A stretch of DNA of 64,000 bases. Origin: Bacteroidales bacterium. Its GTDB lineage: Bacteria; Bacteroidota; Bacteroidia; Bacteroidales; VadinHA17. Positions 10,460 to 21,769 of this stretch are shown piece after piece. The position numbers were made by a program, and so were the translations under genes. Numbering within the stretch: position 1 is the first letter of the stretch; each line of letters begins with the position of its first letter. The notes beneath the pieces were generated by a model. It had not been told where the DNA came from and made no database searches. It saw only the letters and a program-made list of their open reading frames with translations. The stretch spans positions 28,228 through 92,227 of the forward strand of contig JAVEZS010000007.1 in the NCBI GenBank assembly GCA_034002885.1, given 5' to 3'.

Positions 10460-10907
10460 CACCATTTGCAACCGAAGCCGCTCACGGCGTCAGGCTACTG
10501 TTATTGTGGCCGGCTGCAATTCCTGATTCAAGACCCTGATTTGCAACCCGGGGCTTTCGGGTTTTGCCTGTTACAGCATAACCTTACTGCTGTCCTTTCT
10601 CCTGCCGAAGCGGGATTCCGGGACGAAGTGTCATTCAGACTCTGATATCATTTCCCGGAGGATCTGAATCAGTTAAGGGTATTCAGGAGCCGAAGCTCTT
10701 TGTTCCCCCTGGTCCTGTGACTTAATCGCTGAAAGAACGTTTCCGGTTTTCTGCGGTTTACCGGGCATCCTTAACCTGAGTTAATTATCCCGGACTTCGG
10801 CTCTCCTGATGTGCAGTCCCGAAGGTCTGAATGATCCGGATGTTACTCCAGTTAAGGAGTCTTTTCCGGGTCCACATCATTTGAGCAACCTTTTATCGCT
10901 CACCTGA
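10415..10907 (-). ncRNA. Candidate large structured non-coding RNA (~490 nt), family not recognised
   Basis: No ORF of 60 aa or more; -7 box TATATTTG at 10913-10920; terminator at 10415-10459; four cUUCGg hexamers in stems; a 10-bp long-range inverted repeat. The 5' end is estimated. Confidence 0.7.
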
Positions 10908-10912
10908 TAGAT

Positions 10913-10920
10913 CAAATATA
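10913..10920 (-). promoter_or_regulatory. -7 promoter element (TATATTTG) for the candidate ncRNA
   Basis: Exact TAnnTTTG match immediately before the first hairpin and downstream of the eno terminator. Confidence 0.6.
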
Positions 10921-11046
10921 ATATAAGAAGAGCATAAAACAATCGGGTAGGGATTCATAGTTGTACACGGGATTTTAACAAAAGTTATCAACAATTGTTA
11001 ATAACTCCGGAGGTGCAGGAACAGAGGGATTATGATGACGCAAGGA

Positions 11047-11088
11047 TTAAAAAGAATAAGGGAGGCTGCCGGAAAACTGCCTCCCTTA
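11047..11088 (-). terminator. Intrinsic terminator of eno
   Basis: TAAGGGAGGC/GCCTCCCTTA stem (11057-11088) then UUCUUUUU on the minus strand. Confidence 0.8.
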
Positions 11089-11104
11089 GTGAAGTAATAG
11101 AAGC

Positions 11105-12388
<1,284 letters not shown>

Positions 12389-12422
12389 TTATTTTTTTAT
12401 TAAACAATAATGCAAGATATAT

Positions 12423-12457
12423 AAAAAAAGGGATACAGCTGTTTACCATATCCCTTT
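12423..12457 (-). terminator. Intrinsic terminator after rplQ
   Basis: AAAGGGATA/TATCCCTTT stem with a U-run on the minus strand. Confidence 0.7.
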
Positions 12458-12474
12458 CAATAGAAATTATTTCA

Positions 12475-13041
12475 TTATTCTTTATCCCCTGATTCGGGAT
12501 CTGTATCTCCTGAACTCGTTTTCTCTGGTGCTTCTTCAGCTTTTGCTGCAGCTTTCTTGCTTTTTGCCGTCCTGGGAGCTGAGGATTTTGCAGCCGTGGC
12601 AGTAGTTTCATCAGAAGCCTTCTTTCCTGGCCTTCTTCTTCTTGTAGTCTTCTGCTTGGTGCTATCCCCGCCTTTCATAGCCTCATTGAAGTCAACAAGC
12701 TCAAGTATGCACATCTCAGCATTATCTCCTATCCTGTTGCCTGTTTTGAGGATCCGGGTATAGCCTCCGGGCCTTTCGGCTATCCTGGGCGAGATCTCCC
12801 TGAAAAGCTCAGAAACAGCGGTTTTATCCTTGAGGTAACTGAAGACAACTCTTCTTGAGTGTGTTGAATCTTCTTTGGATTTTGTAATAAGGGGTTCCAC
12901 AAATGTCTTCAGCACTTTTGCCTTGGCAGTCGTGGTGGTGATCCTTTTATGAAGGATCAGTGAAACAGCCATATTTGAAATCATCGATTTCCTGTGTGAG
13001 CTTGTTCTTCCGAGGTGGTTAATTACTCTTTGATGTCGCAT
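12475..13041 (-). CDS. rplQ: 50S ribosomal protein L17 with Ala/Lys-rich C-terminal extension
   Basis: MRH...[18 protein letters not shown]. Confidence 0.97.
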   Translation of the reverse strand: MRHQRVINHLGRTSSHRKSMISNMAVSLILHKRITTTTAKAKVLKTFVEPLITKSKEDSTHSRRVVFSYLKDKTAVSELFREISPRIAERPGGYTRILKTGNRIGDNAEMCILELVDFNEAMKGGDSTKQKTTRRRRPGKKASDETTATAAKSSAPRTAKSKKAAAKAEEAPEKTSSGDTDPESGDKE

Positions 13042-13065
13042 TTCTCTATATCCTTAACCAGTTTA

Positions 13066-14058
13066 TTAATCTTTATCTAACTTATACTTGCTGACATCCA
13101 TTCCGAATGACAGACTCATTGATTCAAGCAGTTCGTCAAGTTCCGTGAGTGATTTCTTGCCGAAATTACGGAATTTGAGGAGGTCGTTCTTATTGAACTT
13201 CACCAGGTCGCCAAGTGTCTCTACCTCTGCAGCCTTAAGGCAGTTGAGAGCTCTAACTGAAAGGTCGAGATCAACCAGTTTGGTCTTAAGAAGCTGTCTC
13301 ATATGCAGTACTTCCTCATCGAACTCCTCATTAGCCATTTTGTCGTCCGAGTCGATGGTGATCTTCTCATCGGAGAAAAGCATGAAATGGTATATCAGAA
13401 TCTTTGCTGCTTCCTTAAGAGCCTCTTTAGGGTGAATTGAGCCGTCGGTATCAATTTCAAGGATGAGTTTCTCATAGTCGGTTTTCTGTTCAACCCTGAA
13501 ATTCTCGACCGAATATTTCACATTTTTTACCGGTGTGAATATTGAGTCGATTGCTATGAGCCCAAATTCACTGTCGGCAGGCTGATTTTCCTCTGCAGGC
13601 ACATATCCTCTTCCCTTTGTTATGGTCAACTCCATCTGGAGCTTGACATCGGGTTCCATTCTCAGAATAACAAGTTCAGGATTAAGCACCTCGAAACTGC
13701 TCAGGGCGTTGTTGAGGGCTCCGGCCTTCAAGATTTCCTGGCCTGACAGCTTTACGACAATCCTTTCGTGTTCAACATCCTCAACAGTCCTTTTAAAACG
13801 AACCTGTTTCAGATTGAGGATTATCTCAGTCACGTCTTCAATAACGCCCGTTATTGTGGAGAATTCATGATCAATTCCTTCAATCTTTACAGTAGTTATT
13901 GCAAAACCTTCGAGTGAAGAAAGCAGAATCCTTCTAAGGGCATTACCAACGGTTATTCCGTAACCGGGTTCCAGAGGACGAAATTCAAATTTGCCGAACC
14001 TGTCGGTTGCTTCCAGCATTATTACTTTGTCGGGCTTCTGGAATGATAAAATGGCCAT
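13066..14058 (-). CDS. rpoA: RNA polymerase alpha subunit
   Basis: [38 protein letters not shown]. Confidence 0.98.
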   Translation of the reverse strand: MAILSFQKPDKVIMLEATDRFGKFEFRPLEPGYGITVGNALRRILLSSLEGFAITTVKIEGIDHEFSTITGVIEDVTEIILNLKQVRFKRTVEDVEHERIVVKLSGQEILKAGALNNALSSFEVLNPELVILRMEPDVKLQMELTITKGRGYVPAEENQPADSEFGLIAIDSIFTPVKNVKYSVENFRVEQKTDYEKLILEIDTDGSIHPKEALKEAAKILIYHFMLFSDEKITIDSDDKMANEEFDEEVLHMRQLLKTKLVDLDLSVRALNCLKAAEVETLGDLVKFNKNDLLKFRNFGKKSLTELDELLESMSLSFGMDVSKYKLDKD

Positions 14059-14076
14059 AGGATTTATCTTATATGG

Positions 14077-14685
14077 TTATTTTGAATATAATTCAACAAT
14101 TAGCTGTTCCTTTATGTCTTCAGGAATATCTGTACGTTCAGGTACATTCATGTACTTACCTGCCATCTGTGTGTCGTCCCATTCAAGCCAGGGCATTTTG
14201 GAGTATTTCCTTGTTGTAAGCGAATCGACGATAACCTCGAGCGATTTGGATTTCTCGCGGACACCCACAATATCACCCGGTTTAAGCTGGAATGAAGGAA
14301 TATTAACCACTTTGCCGTTAACCGTGATATGCCTGTGCGAAACGAGCTGGCGTGCTGAAGCTCTTGTCGGAGCTACTCCAAAGCGATAAACAACATTGTC
14401 GAGCCTTGCTTCGAGAAGCTGGAGAAGGACCTCGCCTGTAACGCCTTTAATCCTCTGAGCTTTCTCAAAGGTATTGCGGAACTGCCTTTCCAGAATACCA
14501 TAGGTATACTTGGCTTTTTGCTTCTCCCTGAGCTGGATGCCATATTCCGATGTCTTTTTTCTCTTCTTGTTCACCCCATGCTGGCCGGGAGGAAAATTCT
14601 TCCTGTCGAGGTATTTGTCCGGACCGTATATAGGGTCTCCGAATTTTCTTGCTATTCTTGATTTTGGGCCAATATATCTTGCCAT
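14077..14685 (-). CDS. rpsD: 30S ribosomal protein S4
   Basis: [31 protein letters not shown]. Confidence 0.98.
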   Translation of the reverse strand: MARYIGPKSRIARKFGDPIYGPDKYLDRKNFPPGQHGVNKKRKKTSEYGIQLREKQKAKYTYGILERQFRNTFEKAQRIKGVTGEVLLQLLEARLDNVVYRFGVAPTRASARQLVSHRHITVNGKVVNIPSFQLKPGDIVGVREKSKSLEVIVDSLTTRKYSKMPWLEWDDTQMAGKYMNVPERTDIPEDIKEQLIVELYSK

Positions 14686-14728
14686 CGTTCTTTTATTTTA
14701 TCAGTCAAATAATCTTTACCGTCACAAA

Positions 14729-15118
14729 TTATACTCTCCTTCTTCCTGGCGCCCTGCATCCGTTGTGAGGCATGGGAGTAACATCGACTATTTCAGTAAC
14801 CTCGATTCCGTTGTTGCTGATCGACCTAATAGCTGATTCACGTCCGGCGCCCGGTCCTTTAACATACACCTTTACTTTTCTCAGGCCAAGATCATAAGCC
14901 ACTTTGCTGCACTCTTCCGATGCCATCTGAGCTGCATAGGGGGTGTTCTTTTTCGATCCCTTGAAGCCCATCTTACCGGCTGATGCCCATGAAATGACCT
15001 GACCTGAATTATTGGTCAGAGTAACTATTATATTATTGAATGACGAGTGTATATGAGCCTGACCGGTCGGTTCAACCTTAACGATCCTTTTCTTCAATGC
15101 TCCGGTTTTCTTTGCCAT
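14729..15118 (-). CDS. rpsK: 30S ribosomal protein S11
   Basis: Start [32 protein letters not shown]. Confidence 0.97.
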   Translation of the reverse strand: MAKKTGALKKRIVKVEPTGQAHIHSSFNNIIVTLTNNSGQVISWASAGKMGFKGSKKNTPYAAQMASEECSKVAYDLGLRKVKVYVKGPGAGRESAIRSISNNGIEVTEIVDVTPMPHNGCRAPGRRRV

Positions 15119-15125
15119 GTTCTGA

Positions 15126-15503
15126 TTATTTAGTAGCTTTTTTCTTGTTAGCAACAGTTTTCTTCCTTCCCTTACGGGTCCTGGCGTTATTCTTGGTACT
15201 CTGTCCTCTTACCGGCAGGCCAAGACGGTGACGGACACCACGGTAACAACCGATATCCATCAACCTTTTTATGTTCAGTTGTGTTTCGGAACGCAGCTCG
15301 CCTTCAAGCTTATAGTTGTCGTTCAGTATCCGGCGGATGGAATTGATCTGCTCATCAGTCCATTCCTGGACTTTAGCATTGCGATCTACACCGGCTTCGT
15401 CGAGAACTTTCTGAGCCGTGCTTCTTCCCACACCGTAGATATAGGTCAGGCCGACCTCGCCTCTTTTGTTTCTTGGTAAATCAACACCAACAATACGTGC
15501 CAT
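15126..15503 (-). CDS. rpsM: 30S ribosomal protein S13
   Basis: [37 protein letters not shown]. Confidence 0.98.
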   Translation of the reverse strand: MARIVGVDLPRNKRGEVGLTYIYGVGRSTAQKVLDEAGVDRNAKVQEWTDEQINSIRRILNDNYKLEGELRSETQLNIKRLMDIGCYRGVRHRLGLPVRGQSTKNNARTRKGRKKTVANKKKATK

Positions 15504-15530
15504 AAAATATTACTTTTCTTAAATGAGTTG

Positions 15531-15538
15531 CAAAATTA
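15531..15538 (-). promoter_or_regulatory. -7 element (TAATTTTG), probable internal promoter for rpsM-rplQ
   Basis: TAnnTTTG match in the rpmJ-rpsM gap. Confidence 0.55.
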
Positions 15539-15545
15539 ATTAAAA

Positions 15546-15662
15546 TTATCCCTGCCTCTGTTTGAATTTGGGGTTTTTCTTGCTTATTACATAAATGCGC
15601 CCCTTGCGTCTGACTATTTTACAGTCGGCGCTGCGCTTTTTAACGGATGCTCTTACTTTCAT
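15546..15662 (-). CDS. rpmJ: 50S ribosomal protein L36 (lacks the full zinc ribbon)
   Basis: Below the ORF-track cutoff; manual translation [38 protein letters not shown]. Confidence 0.97.
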   Translation of the reverse strand: MKVRASVKKRSADCKIVRRKGRIYVISKKNPKFKQRQG

Positions 15663-15676
15663 TATCGTATAATTTC

Positions 15677-15895
15677 TTATTTATATCTGAATGTTATTCT
15701 TCCTTTGGTCAGGTCGTAGGGCGACATTTCAACCTTTACCTTGTCGCCGGGAAGGATTTTGATATAGTGCATCCTCATCTTTCCCGAGATATGGGCTGTT
15801 ATCACGTGTCCGTTTTCAAGTTCAACCCTGAACATGGCATTTGATAAAGCTTCGATGATAGTACCGTCCTGTTCGATTGATGTTTGTTTCGACAT
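15677..15895 (-). CDS. infA: Translation initiation factor IF-1
   Basis: [27 protein letters not shown]. Confidence 0.98.
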   Translation of the reverse strand: MSKQTSIEQDGTIIEALSNAMFRVELENGHVITAHISGKMRMHYIKILPGDKVKVEMSPYDLTKGRITFRYK

Positions 15896-15899
15896 ACGA

Positions 15900-16676
15900 T
15901 TACATTTTATTTAAAACTTCTTCTATAAATTCAAAGGTTGTTAATACATCTGCCCTGCCTTTATCTATCGCCACTGCATATTCAAAATGTGCGGAGGGTT
16001 TACCGTCGATGGTCTTTATTGTCCATCCGTCCCTCATCTGCATAGTCTCCTTTCTTCCGAGGTTTATCATTGGTTCGATGCATATCACAAGGCCTTTTTC
16101 CATTTTGGGGCCTGTTCCCCTTCGTCCGTAGTTTGGTACTTCAGGGGGTTCATGAAGCCTTTTCCCAAGACCATGTCCGACCAGTTCCCTTACCACTGAA
16201 AAACCACCGCTCTCAGCCTTCTGCTGCACAGCCCATGAGATGTCGCCAACTCTGTTTCCTGCACATGCCTCCTTTACTCCTTCTTCGAGCGATTCCCTTG
16301 TAAATGAGAGAAGACGTCTGACGCTTTCATCTATTTCTCCGACCGCGAAGGTGTACGCACTGTCGCCATACCAACCGTTAAGGATAACCCCGCAATCGAT
16401 CGAAACAACATCTCCTTCCTTCAGTTCATAACCGGAAGGTATACCGTGAACCACCTCTTCGTTTACTGATGTACAAAGAGTCGCGGGAAATCCTCCATAT
16501 CCCTTGAATGCCGGCGTTGCTCCGTTATCCTTTATAAAGGTTTCTGCCGCATCATCAAGAGACAGGGTGGTCACCCCGGGTTTAATGAGAGAAGCTACCA
16601 GCGCAAGTGTTTTCGACACCAGCAAATTGCTTTCTCTCAGCAACTCTATCTCTTCATCAGTCTTCAAATACAACAT
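15900..16676 (-). CDS. map: Methionine aminopeptidase type I
   Basis: [32 protein letters not shown]. Confidence 0.96.
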   Translation of the reverse strand: MLYLKTDEEIELLRESNLLVSKTLALVASLIKPGVTTLSLDDAAETFIKDNGATPAFKGYGGFPATLCTSVNEEVVHGIPSGYELKEGDVVSIDCGVILNGWYGDSAYTFAVGEIDESVRRLLSFTRESLEEGVKEACAGNRVGDISWAVQQKAESGGFSVVRELVGHGLGKRLHEPPEVPNYGRRGTGPKMEKGLVICIEPMINLGRKETMQMRDGWTIKTIDGKPSAHFEYAVAIDKGRADVLTTFEFIEEVLNKM

Positions 16677-16694
16677 CAAAGAACGCTAAACAAT

Positions 16695-18026
16695 TTAAAT
16701 TGCTGTAACAGCGCCTGATCTTCCCTTCACACGGCCCGACTTCATCAGACCGTCGTAATGCCTCATCAGAAGGTGACTCTCTATCTGCTGAAGCGTATCA
16801 AGAACGACTCCTACAAGGATAAGCAGTGAAGTGCCACCGTAGAACTGTGCGAACTGCGGAGTAACCTGTGCCTGAACAGCTATCGCCGGAAGGATGGCAA
16901 TAATGGCTAGGAAAATGGATCCCGGAAGGGTTATCCTCGACATTATCGTATCAAAGAATTCAACGGTCTTTCTCCCGGGTTTGATACCCGGAATGAATCC
17001 GCCGTTCTTCTTCATATCTTCAGCCATCTGCACCGGATTAATTGTAATGGCCGTGTAGAAGTAAGTGAATAATATTATAAGTACTGCTGTCACGAAGTTA
17101 TACCAGAATCCGTACATATTGGAGAATGCAACAACGAAGCCCGAACTTGAATTTGAATACCCGGCTATAATTATAGGAAGCATCATAATTGCCTGGGCAA
17201 AGATGATAGGCATAACGCCTGCGGCATTCACCTTCAGTGGTATGTACTGACGGACGCCTCCGTACTGCTTATTGCCGACAATACGACGGGCATACTGAAC
17301 GGGAACGCGTCTTGTACCCTGAACCAAAAGGATTGTTGCGAGTATAATAGCGAACAGGATGATAATCTCAACTATGAGGGCAATCGGGCCACCGGCACCG
17401 TTGATCCTGGTGCCTGCCTCAAAAACGAAGTTTGCAGGCAGCCGGGCGACGATACCTATCATGATAAGAAGTGATATCCCGTTGCCAATACCCTTGTCGG
17501 TTATCCTTTCACCAAGCCACATAACGAACATGGTCCCGGCAGTAAGAATAACCACTGATGAGAATTTGAAAAAGAATCCGTTTGCAAGGACGAATGCAGT
17601 TCCCGGCAGCTGGGCCGAAAGGTTGACAAGATATGTCGGAGCCTGAAGGAGCAGGATACCCACGGTGAGGTATCTTGTATACTGGTTAAGCTTTCTTCTC
17701 CCGCTCTCGCCTTCCTTCTGCAGTTTCTGAAAATAAGGGAACACAATTCCGAGAAGCTGAACAACGATTGATGCCGAAATATAGGGCATAATCCCCAGTG
17801 CAAATACTGAAGCCTGCGAAAAAGCTCCCCCGGAGAACATATCTAGAAGCCCCATTATCCCTGATGAGGTCTGTGATCTCAGGTTTTCAAGCTGTGAAGG
17901 GTCAATACCGGGCAGGGTGACATATTTTCCTAGTCTGTACAGAGCTATTATTGCAACTGTATAGATCAGCCTTGCGCGAAGATCCTCGATCTTGAATATA
18001 TTCTTTATAGTCTGGATGAATCTCAT
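16695..18026 (-). CDS. secY: Preprotein translocase SecY
   Basis: ALGIMPYISASI, GIGNGISL, GVMPIIFA, FIPGIKPG. Confidence 0.98.
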   Translation of the reverse strand: MRFIQTIKNIFKIEDLRARLIYTVAIIALYRLGKYVTLPGIDPSQLENLRSQTSSGIMGLLDMFSGGAFSQASVFALGIMPYISASIVVQLLGIVFPYFQKLQKEGESGRRKLNQYTRYLTVGILLLQAPTYLVNLSAQLPGTAFVLANGFFFKFSSVVILTAGTMFVMWLGERITDKGIGNGISLLIMIGIVARLPANFVFEAGTRINGAGGPIALIVEIIILFAIILATILLVQGTRRVPVQYARRIVGNKQYGGVRQYIPLKVNAAGVMPIIFAQAIMMLPIIIAGYSNSSSGFVVAFSNMYGFWYNFVTAVLIILFTYFYTAITINPVQMAEDMKKNGGFIPGIKPGRKTVEFFDTIMSRITLPGSIFLAIIAILPAIAVQAQVTPQFAQFYGGTSLLILVGVVLDTLQQIESHLLMRHYDGLMKSGRVKGRSGAVTAI

Positions 18027-18030
18027 GAAG

Positions 18031-18477
18031 CTAGAGTTTTACGACGATGCCCTCCAGGGCTACTATTGCCTCTGCAGCAGATTTACTGAATGAATGTGCG
18101 TGGACCTCGAGTTTTCTCTCGATGCTACCCTTTCCGAGAATCTTTACAAGGTCGTTCTTAGAAATGAGACCTGCTTCGATAAGGGTTCCGACATCGATCC
18201 TGTCGAGGTTGTTCTTCTCGGCCAGTTTCTGCAGGGTTGACAGGTTAATTGCCTTGTACTCCTTGCGGTTGATGTTCTTGAAGCCATATTTCGGAACACG
18301 TCTCTGGAGAGGCATCTGACCTCCTTCAAAGCCTATTTTCTTCGAATATCCCGAACGCGATTTTGCGCCTTTATGCCCCCTGGTGGAAGTTCCGCCTTTA
18401 CCGGACCCCTGGCCGCGGCCAACACGCTTGCTTTTCTTAACTGATCCCTTTGCAGGTTTTAAGTTACTCAAATCCAT
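18031..18477 (-). CDS. rplO: 50S ribosomal protein L15
   Basis: RVGRGQGSG, GFEGGQMPL. Confidence 0.97.
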   Translation of the reverse strand: MDLSNLKPAKGSVKKSKRVGRGQGSGKGGTSTRGHKGAKSRSGYSKKIGFEGGQMPLQRRVPKYGFKNINRKEYKAINLSTLQKLAEKNNLDRIDVGTLIEAGLISKNDLVKILGKGSIERKLEVHAHSFSKSAAEAIVALEGIVVKL

Positions 18478-18503
18478 AACTTCTATATAAAATCGTTTAT
18501 ACC

Positions 18504-18683
18504 TTAAATATTTTCAACTATTACCAGGTGTCTTACTTTTTCAACCATTCCAAGTATCTGTGGTGTGGCTTCATGTTCAACACTGTGGTTCAGTTTACGG
18601 ATTCCGAGAGCTTCAAGAGTTCTTTTCTGCCTCTCGGGTTTGCCGTTTTTGCTTTTTACCTGGGTGATACGAATTTTTGCCAT
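18504..18683 (-). CDS. rpmD: 50S ribosomal protein L30
   Basis: Start MAKIRITQVKS; TLEALGIRK, GMVEKVRHL; position between rpsE and rplO. Confidence 0.95.
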   Translation of the reverse strand: MAKIRITQVKSKNGKPERQKRTLEALGIRKLNHSVEHEATPQILGMVEKVRHLVIVENI

Positions 18684-18696
18684 TGTGGTTTCTTTC

Positions 18697-19212
18697 TTAT
18701 CCGTTAAATACTTTCTCAAGAGTGACACCCCTGTTTTCTGCAACCGATACGGCATCGCGCATTTCAAGAAGTGCAGCAAAGGTAGCCTTAACAAGGTTGT
18801 GAGGGTTTGACGAGCCTTTTGATTTGGCAAGCACGTTTTTCACTCCGACACTTTCCAGCACAGCGCGCATTGCACCTCCTGCCTTAACACCGGTACCGGG
18901 AGTTGCCGGCTTGACGAAGACTTTTGCACCGCCGAACTTGGCAACCTGCTCATGAGGTATTGTACCGTTTATAACAGGAACCTTTATAAGGTTTTTCTTT
19001 GCGTCCTCAATTCCTTTTGCTATCGCAGTGGTAACCTCACTGGCTTTACCGAGGCCGTGTCCCACGATACCATCTTCATTCCCGACTACGACAATAGCTG
19101 AAAAGCTGAAGGTACGTCCTCCCTTTGTGACCTTGGTCACTCTCTGGATGCTCACGAGCCTGTCTTTCAGTTCGAGATCGCTGGTTTTTACTTTTCTTAT
19201 ACCGTTTCCCAT
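18697..19212 (-). CDS. rpsE: 30S ribosomal protein S5
   Basis: [21 protein letters not shown]. Confidence 0.97.
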   Translation of the reverse strand: MGNGIRKVKTSDLELKDRLVSIQRVTKVTKGGRTFSFSAIVVVGNEDGIVGHGLGKASEVTTAIAKGIEDAKKNLIKVPVINGTIPHEQVAKFGGAKVFVKPATPGTGVKAGGAMRAVLESVGVKNVLAKSKGSSNPHNLVKATFAALLEMRDAVSVAENRGVTLEKVFNG

Positions 19213-19216
19213 ATTA

Positions 19217-19576
19217 TCAGAATTTTAAACCGCCTTCGCGGGCAGCATCAGCCAATGATTTTACTCTACCATGATATTTGTAACCTCCCCTGTCAAAAAC
19301 AACGCTTCCTATTCCTTTTTCAAGGCATTTCTCAGCGAGTGATTTACCGACAAGCTTGGCCTGTTCTGTTTTCTTAATCCCAGTTTTTGAAGCTACTTCC
19401 TTCTCCCTGGAACTTACGGAAAGAAGGGTTACGCCCCTGATGTCATCAATAAGCTGGGCATAGATCTGTTTGTTGCTGCGGAAGACTGCCAGACGTGGTA
19501 GTTCAGCTGTCCCGCTTATTTTCTTACGGATTCTCAGCCTGATCCGTGTTCTTTTTTCCAATTTGGTTAAAGCCAT
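19217..19576 (-). CDS. rplR: 50S ribosomal protein L18
   Basis: [20 protein letters not shown]. Confidence 0.97.
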   Translation of the reverse strand: MALTKLEKRTRIRLRIRKKISGTAELPRLAVFRSNKQIYAQLIDDIRGVTLLSVSSREKEVASKTGIKKTEQAKLVGKSLAEKCLEKGIGSVVFDRGGYKYHGRVKSLADAAREGGLKF

Positions 19577-19597
19577 GATTTTACGATTTTTCGCGGA

Positions 19598-20152
19598 TTA
19601 AACACTTGCCGACTTACCAGCTTTTCTCCTGACAGATTCTCCGACAAACTTGATGCCTTTTCCCTTGTAGGGTTCCGGCGGGCGAAGAGATCTGATTTTT
19701 GCAGCCACGTGTCCGATAAGATGTTTATCGATACTTGTGAGTGTTATAATCGGATTACTCCTTCTTTCGGTTCTGGTCGCAACCGTCACCTCGCCTGGCA
19801 GCTGAAGAATGATATCGTGTGAATAACCAAGGCTCATCTCGAGAAGCTGACCTTTTGCCTCGGCACGGTAACCCACTCCAACGAGTTCAAGTTCTTTTTT
19901 GAACCCTTGCGACACACCAACCACCATATTGGCGATAAGCGCCCTGTAAAGACCATGCAGCGATTTGTGATTTTTCGATTCCGAAGGTCTTTTCAGCACG
20001 ATAGTGTTGTCCACCACTTCAACCTCGAGGTCTTTGCTGATGCTCTGGCTCAGCTCACCCAAAGGTCCTTTCACACTGACCACATTGGCATCGCTCACTG
20101 TAACAGTGACACCATTTGGCAGGTTTACAGGTAATTTTCCTATTCGTGACAT
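19598..20152 (-). CDS. rplF: 50S ribosomal protein L6
   Basis: MSRIGK, GVGYRA, PEPYKGKG. Confidence 0.97.
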   Translation of the reverse strand: MSRIGKLPVNLPNGVTVTVSDANVVSVKGPLGELSQSISKDLEVEVVDNTIVLKRPSESKNHKSLHGLYRALIANMVVGVSQGFKKELELVGVGYRAEAKGQLLEMSLGYSHDIILQLPGEVTVATRTERRSNPIITLTSIDKHLIGHVAAKIRSLRPPEPYKGKGIKFVGESVRRKAGKSASV

Positions 20153-20168
20153 TAAACTATCCTCCTAA

Positions 20169-20567
20169 TTAGTATACAAAACATAATACTTCACCACCAA
20201 CATTTTCCTTTTTTGCTTCCTTGTCGGTCATTACTCCCCTGGAAGTTGATATAATTGCTATGCCCAGTCCGTTAAGTACGCGCGGAATTTCATCTGCACT
20301 TGCATACTGTCTGAGGCCCGGACGGCTAACTCTTTCGATCTTTTTGATTGCGGGTCTTTTGTTCTTTGGGTTATACTTAAGAGCGATCTTAAGAATTCCC
20401 TGAGGGTTTTCACCTTCCACAACCTTATAGCTTAGGATATATCCTTTTTCAAACAGAATCCTGGCAATCTCCTTCTTAAGATTGGATGCTGGTGCTTCCA
20501 CAACCTTATGACCGGCCATAATGGCATTTCTGATTCTGGTCAATAAATCTGCAATCGGATCAGTCAT
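20169..20567 (-). CDS. rpsH: 30S ribosomal protein S8
   Basis: [25 protein letters not shown]. Confidence 0.97.
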   Translation of the reverse strand: MTDPIADLLTRIRNAIMAGHKVVEAPASNLKKEIARILFEKGYILSYKVVEGENPQGILKIALKYNPKNKRPAIKKIERVSRPGLRQYASADEIPRVLNGLGIAIISTSRGVMTDKEAKKENVGGEVLCFVY

Positions 20568-20603
20568 CTTTTATTCTTTCTTATAGTTAATATTCATTCT
20601 CGT

Positions 20604-20873
20604 TTACCAGCTCGCCTTCTTTACACCCGGAATTAATCCGAAGGAAGCCATTTCCCTGAAAGTAATCCTGCTTATACCGAACTGTCTCATATAACCCCTG
20701 GTTCTTCCTGTGAGCTTGCAGCGGTTGCGGACCCTGTTCGGGTTTGAGTTACGCGGGAGACGGCTTAATCCGACATAATCGCCCTCAGCTTTGAGTCTGG
20801 CTCTTTTTGCAGAGTATTTTTCGGCCAGTCGTGCGCGTTTTACCTCGCGGGCCATCATTGATTCCTTAGCCAT
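20604..20873 (-). CDS. rpsN: 30S ribosomal protein S14 (89-aa zinc-independent type)
   Basis: Start [23 protein letters not shown]. Confidence 0.96.
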   Translation of the reverse strand: MAKESMMAREVKRARLAEKYSAKRARLKAEGDYVGLSRLPRNSNPNRVRNRCKLTGRTRGYMRQFGISRITFREMASFGLIPGVKKASW

Positions 20874-20877
20874 ATAT

Positions 20878-21429
20878 TCAGTTTTTAGTATTTTTAAAGG
20901 GTAATCCAAAATGTTTCAGAAGAGAAAGTGCTTCCTCATCGGTATTTGCACTTGTAACAAAAGTTATCTGAAGACCCATTATTTTTGCTATCTTATCAAG
21001 GTCGATCTCCGGGAATATGATCTGTTCGGTAACTCCGAGGGTATAATTCCCGCGGCCGTCGAGTTTTGCACTGATACCCTTGAAATCACGGATTCGGGGA
21101 AGAGCCACGGCAATGAGTCTCTCAAGGAACTCATACATCCTGTCTTTTCTGAGAGTCACCATAACACCGATTGGCATGTTCTTTCTCAGCTTGAAATTTG
21201 AGATGTCCTTCGATGAGTATGTCTGAACGGCTTTCTGCCCTGCTATGTCTGATAATTCCTTCACGCTGAACTCAAGAAGCTTCTTGTCAGCGATCGCCTG
21301 GCCTACTCCCTGATTAAGGACAATCTTCTCCAGCCTGGGAACCTGCATGACGGTTTTATATTCAAATTCCTTCATCAATGCAGGAACGATCTCTTGCTTA
21401 TATCTGGTTTTTAATGCAGGTGTATACAT
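20878..21429 (-). CDS. rplE: 50S ribosomal protein L5
   Basis: [24 protein letters not shown]. Confidence 0.97.
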   Translation of the reverse strand: MYTPALKTRYKQEIVPALMKEFEYKTVMQVPRLEKIVLNQGVGQAIADKKLLEFSVKELSDIAGQKAVQTYSSKDISNFKLRKNMPIGVMVTLRKDRMYEFLERLIAVALPRIRDFKGISAKLDGRGNYTLGVTEQIIFPEIDLDKIAKIMGLQITFVTSANTDEEALSLLKHFGLPFKNTKN

Positions 21430-21752
21430 TACTTGATCTCCTCTCCTGATTTTTTTGAATAACGAACTAATTTATCTTTGTCATTGAGCCTTCTTCCTAT
21501 CCGGGTTGGTTTTCCCGATGCAGGATCAACGATCATTAGGTTAGAGATATGTATCGGAGCCTCTTTCTTTATGATTCCTCCCTGGGGTGATTTCGCATTA
21601 GGTTTTGTATGCTTTGAAACAGTGTTCACTCCCTCAACGATGGCTCTTTCCTTATCCCTGTCTACCTCAAGGACGCGTCCTTTCTGACCTTTCGATTCAC
21701 CGGTTACCACTATAACCGTGTCACCTTTCCTTATATGAATTTTCTTCTGCAT
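21429..21752 (-). CDS. rplX: 50S ribosomal protein L24
   Basis: [10 protein letters not shown] (KOW), EAPIHISN. Confidence 0.97.
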   Translation of the reverse strand: MQKKIHIRKGDTVIVVTGESKGQKGRVLEVDRDKERAIVEGVNTVSKHTKPNAKSPQGGIIKKEAPIHISNLMIVDPASGKPTRIGRRLNDKDKLVRYSKKSGEEIK

Positions 21753-21769
21753 TGCCTTGATTTTAAAAA

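Noticed and set aside
10785..10880. 31-aa minus-strand ORF (MMWTRKRLLNW...) inside the candidate ncRNA
   Set aside because: No recognisable features and it runs through strong hairpins; probably chance, though a dual-function RNA cannot be excluded.
10415..10907. Identity as RNase P RNA, tmRNA, 6S or SRP RNA
   Set aside because: No GAGGAAAGUCC/ACAGAA P4 motifs, no tRNA-like GGGG...CCA ends, and too long for 6S or SRP.
10900..11040. Replication origin
   Set aside because: Only two good DnaA-like boxes, a short AT-rich patch and no dnaA, gidA or par context.
12475..12680. Low-complexity C-terminal tail of L17
   Set aside because: Common Bacteroidota feature.
15546..20873. Zinc-independent L36 and S14 in the main operon
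   Set aside because: Usual in this phylum; not evidence of a zinc-starvation paralogue.
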